From contig CAWAJR010000007.1 in NCBI GenBank assembly GCA_963782465.1, positions 347,016-411,015 on the forward strand: DNA of 64,000 nt. The letters are read 5' to 3'. The notes under the pieces are model-generated. The model was not told where the DNA came from, did not search any database, and was given only the letters and a program-made list of their open reading frames with translations. Shown in pieces: positions 61,876-64,000 of the stretch. Source of the DNA: an uncultured Actinomycetes bacterium (lineage in GTDB: Bacteria > Actinomycetota > Acidimicrobiia > IMCC26256 > PALSA-610). A program made the translations under genes and the position numbers. The stretch's first letter is position 1, and each line of letters starts with the position of its first letter.

Positions 61876-64000
61876 CGTGCGCAGTGTCACATGGTTCCAG
61901 GAGTTGTCGTCGGCGGACGTTGCCGTGGTCGGTGGGAAGGGTGCGAACCTCGGCGAGCTGACGAGAGCCGGCTTCCCGGTACCTCGCGGTTTCGTGATCA
62001 CTGCGGATGCGTACCTCGACGCCATGGACCACGGCGGTGTGCGCGCCGAATTGGTCGAGGTGGCCCACGCGATCGATGTGGATACCGCGGATTCGCTCGC
62101 GACCGGAGCCCACCGGTTGCAGGACCTCGTCGGGAAAGCCGGCATGCCCGACCGGTTGCGGGCCGAGATCGCGACCGCGTACGCCGCGCTCGGCGACGGC
62201 CGCGTGGCCGTCAGGTCGTCGGCGACGAGCGAAGACACCGCCGACGCGTCGTTCGCGGGCATGAACCGCACCTTCACGAACGTCGAAGGCGCCGACGACG
62301 TCGTGGCCCACGTCGTCGAATGCTGGGCGTCGCTCTACGCCGAACGGGTCGTCGCCTACCGGCGGGCACGCGGGTTCGACGACGAACCGGCGATCGCGGT
62401 CGTCGTCCAGGAGATGGTCGACTCGGAACGCAGCGGCGTGATGTTCACGGTCGACCCGGCAACCGGGCAACGCACGCAGCTGGTGATCGAGGCGGCGTTC
62501 GGGCTCGGCGAAGTCGTCGTGGGCGGCCAGGTCGAACCCGACACCTACCGCGTCGAGAAGGACGATTTCCACCTCGTCGACGTTCGGGTCGGCCGCCAGA
62601 CATTCGCGATCGTCGCCGACCCCGCACACGGGGACCGTCGCGTCGAGCTGCCGGCCACCGAAGGGGCGCGGCGCGTGTTGAGCGACGACGAGGTGGCCGC
62701 GCTCGCGCGCATCGGGGTCGCGATTGAACAGCATTACGGCGCGCCGCAAGATGTCGAATGGGCCCTGGCGAAGGGCTCGCTGTTCATCGTGCAGTCGAGG
62801 CCGATCACGACACTGGGCGGCGACACCAACGACGCCGAACCCGAGGGTCAGGTTCTCGTGCGGGGCCTGGGTGCGTCCCCGGGGACGGCGACCGGTGCCG
62901 TACGCGTGTTGCACAACCCGGAGGAGGGCGCCGCGCTCGTGCAGGGTGAGATCCTCGTTGCGCCGATGACGAACCCAGATTGGGTACCGGTGCTCCGGCG
63001 CGCCGGTGCCCTGGTGACCGATGGTGGCGGGATGACGTGCCACGCCGCGATCGTCACCCGCGAACTGGGTGTGCCGTGCATCGTCGGGGCACGGCGCGCG
63101 ACGGAGGTGTTGCGCGACGGCGAACTGGTCACCGTCGACGGTACGAAGGGTGTGGTCGTGGCGGGCGGCGCGGCGACCGTCGTGCCGGTTCGCGAGCGCC
63201 CCCCGACGGTCGTCTCGGCCATCGAGCCGCTCGCGACGCGGCTGTACGTCAACCTCGCGATGGCCGACCAGGCCGAACGGGTGGCGGCGCTGCCCGTCGA
63301 CGGCGTCGGTCTGCTGCGGGCTGAGTTCATGATCACCGACGCGTTGCACGGCATGCACCCGAGGGCGCTCATCGCGAAGGGCGGGCGCGAGCAGTTCATC
63401 GAGCAGATGAGCCAAGCGCTGCTACGGATCACGTCGGCGTTCGCGCCCCGGCCGGTCGTCTACCGCACGATCGACTTCCGCACGAACGAGTTCCGCAAGC
63501 TCGAGGGCGGCAGTGCATTCGAGCCGGTCGAGGGGAACCCGATGATCGGCTACCGCGGCTGCTACCGCTACGTGCGAGAGCCCGACCTCTTCGCACTCGA
63601 ATGTGAGCTGCTCGCGCGAGTGCGCGAGCAGACACCGAACCTGCACGTCATGATCCCGTTCGTTCGTACCCGCTGGGAACTCGAGGCGTGCCTCGAGATG
63701 ATCGACGCGAGCCCGCTCGGGCGCCAGCGCGGCCTGCACCGCTGGGTGATGGCCGAAGTGCCGTCGGTCGTGTACCGCGTGCCGGAGTACGCGGCCCTCG
63801 GCGTCGACGGTGTGTCGATCGGGTCGAACGACCTGACGCAGCTGATGCTCGGCGTCGATCGCGACTCCGAGATCTGCTCGGAGCTGTTCGACGAATCCGA
63901 CGCGGCCGTGCTCGACGCGATCGGCCGGATCATCACCGCCGCGAACGATGCGGGGATCACGTCGTCGCTGTGTGGGCAGGCGCCGTCGAACCGGCCCGAG
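61876..64000 (+). CDS. ppsA: Phosphoenolpyruvate synthase (pyruvate, water dikinase); 3' end runs off the window
   Basis: Absent from the ORF track because no stop falls inside the window. Frame 1 reads VRSVTWFQELSSADVAVVGGKGANLGELTRAGFPVPRGFVITADAY. It continues with SSATSEDTADASFAGM, QDVEWA..FIVQSRPITT, the phospho-His GGMTCHAAIVTRELGVPC, and the PEP-binding GSNDLTQL. GTG 61876 (GAGG 7 nt upstream) or GTG 61870 is the start. Confidence 0.9.

Noticed and set aside
61345-62727. A 460-aa plus-strand ORF covering the start of the PEP synthase region.
   Set aside because: It is in the wrong frame and gives an R-rich product. The real ppsA frame (from 61876) has no stop inside the window, so it is missing from the ORF track, but it translates into textbook PpsA motifs.

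Overview
This is a very GC-rich, gene-dense chromosomal segment. The gene content looks actinobacterial: a mycothiol-type DinB/MDMPI enzyme, a SARP regulator, a GlnR-type box, SURF1 and nitrobindin. I support about 60 protein-coding genes. Many are chained by 4-nt start/stop overlaps (GTGA or ATGA). I recognised no rRNA, tRNA, CRISPR array, transposase or integrase. The many long Arg/Pro/Gly-rich ORFs in the six-frame track are antisense or out-of-frame artefacts of the GC content.

The most interesting locus is at 21.5-26.6 kb. An ammonium transporter is preceded by a well-phased four-half-site GlnR box. It is followed not by glnK-glnD but by a short atypical winged-helix regulator. After that comes a 905-aa fusion of a CPA2 cation:proton antiporter to the GlnD sensory tail (degenerate HD plus two ACT domains) that lacks the nucleotidyltransferase domain.

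Other notable modules:
- An ApbE / ferric-reductase-like membrane protein / NuoF-like / ferredoxin redox module, coupled to a two-component system.
- An AcsA-like ligase, E1 alpha, E1 beta, E2, carrier protein and PEP synthase chain with no E3.
- An ECF sigma/anti-sigma pair wired to YcnI and CopC-CopD copper genes.
- A bacterial G1 (eqolisin) glutamic peptidase.
- A large protein with an unknown domain fused to DUF2236/MpaB, preceded by a triple tandem repeat.

Six conserved genes, and possibly a seventh, are interrupted by single-base frameshifts. This most likely reflects assembly indel errors and should temper any pseudogene or fusion interpretation.

All family calls are by-eye motif recognition. 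No database search was run.
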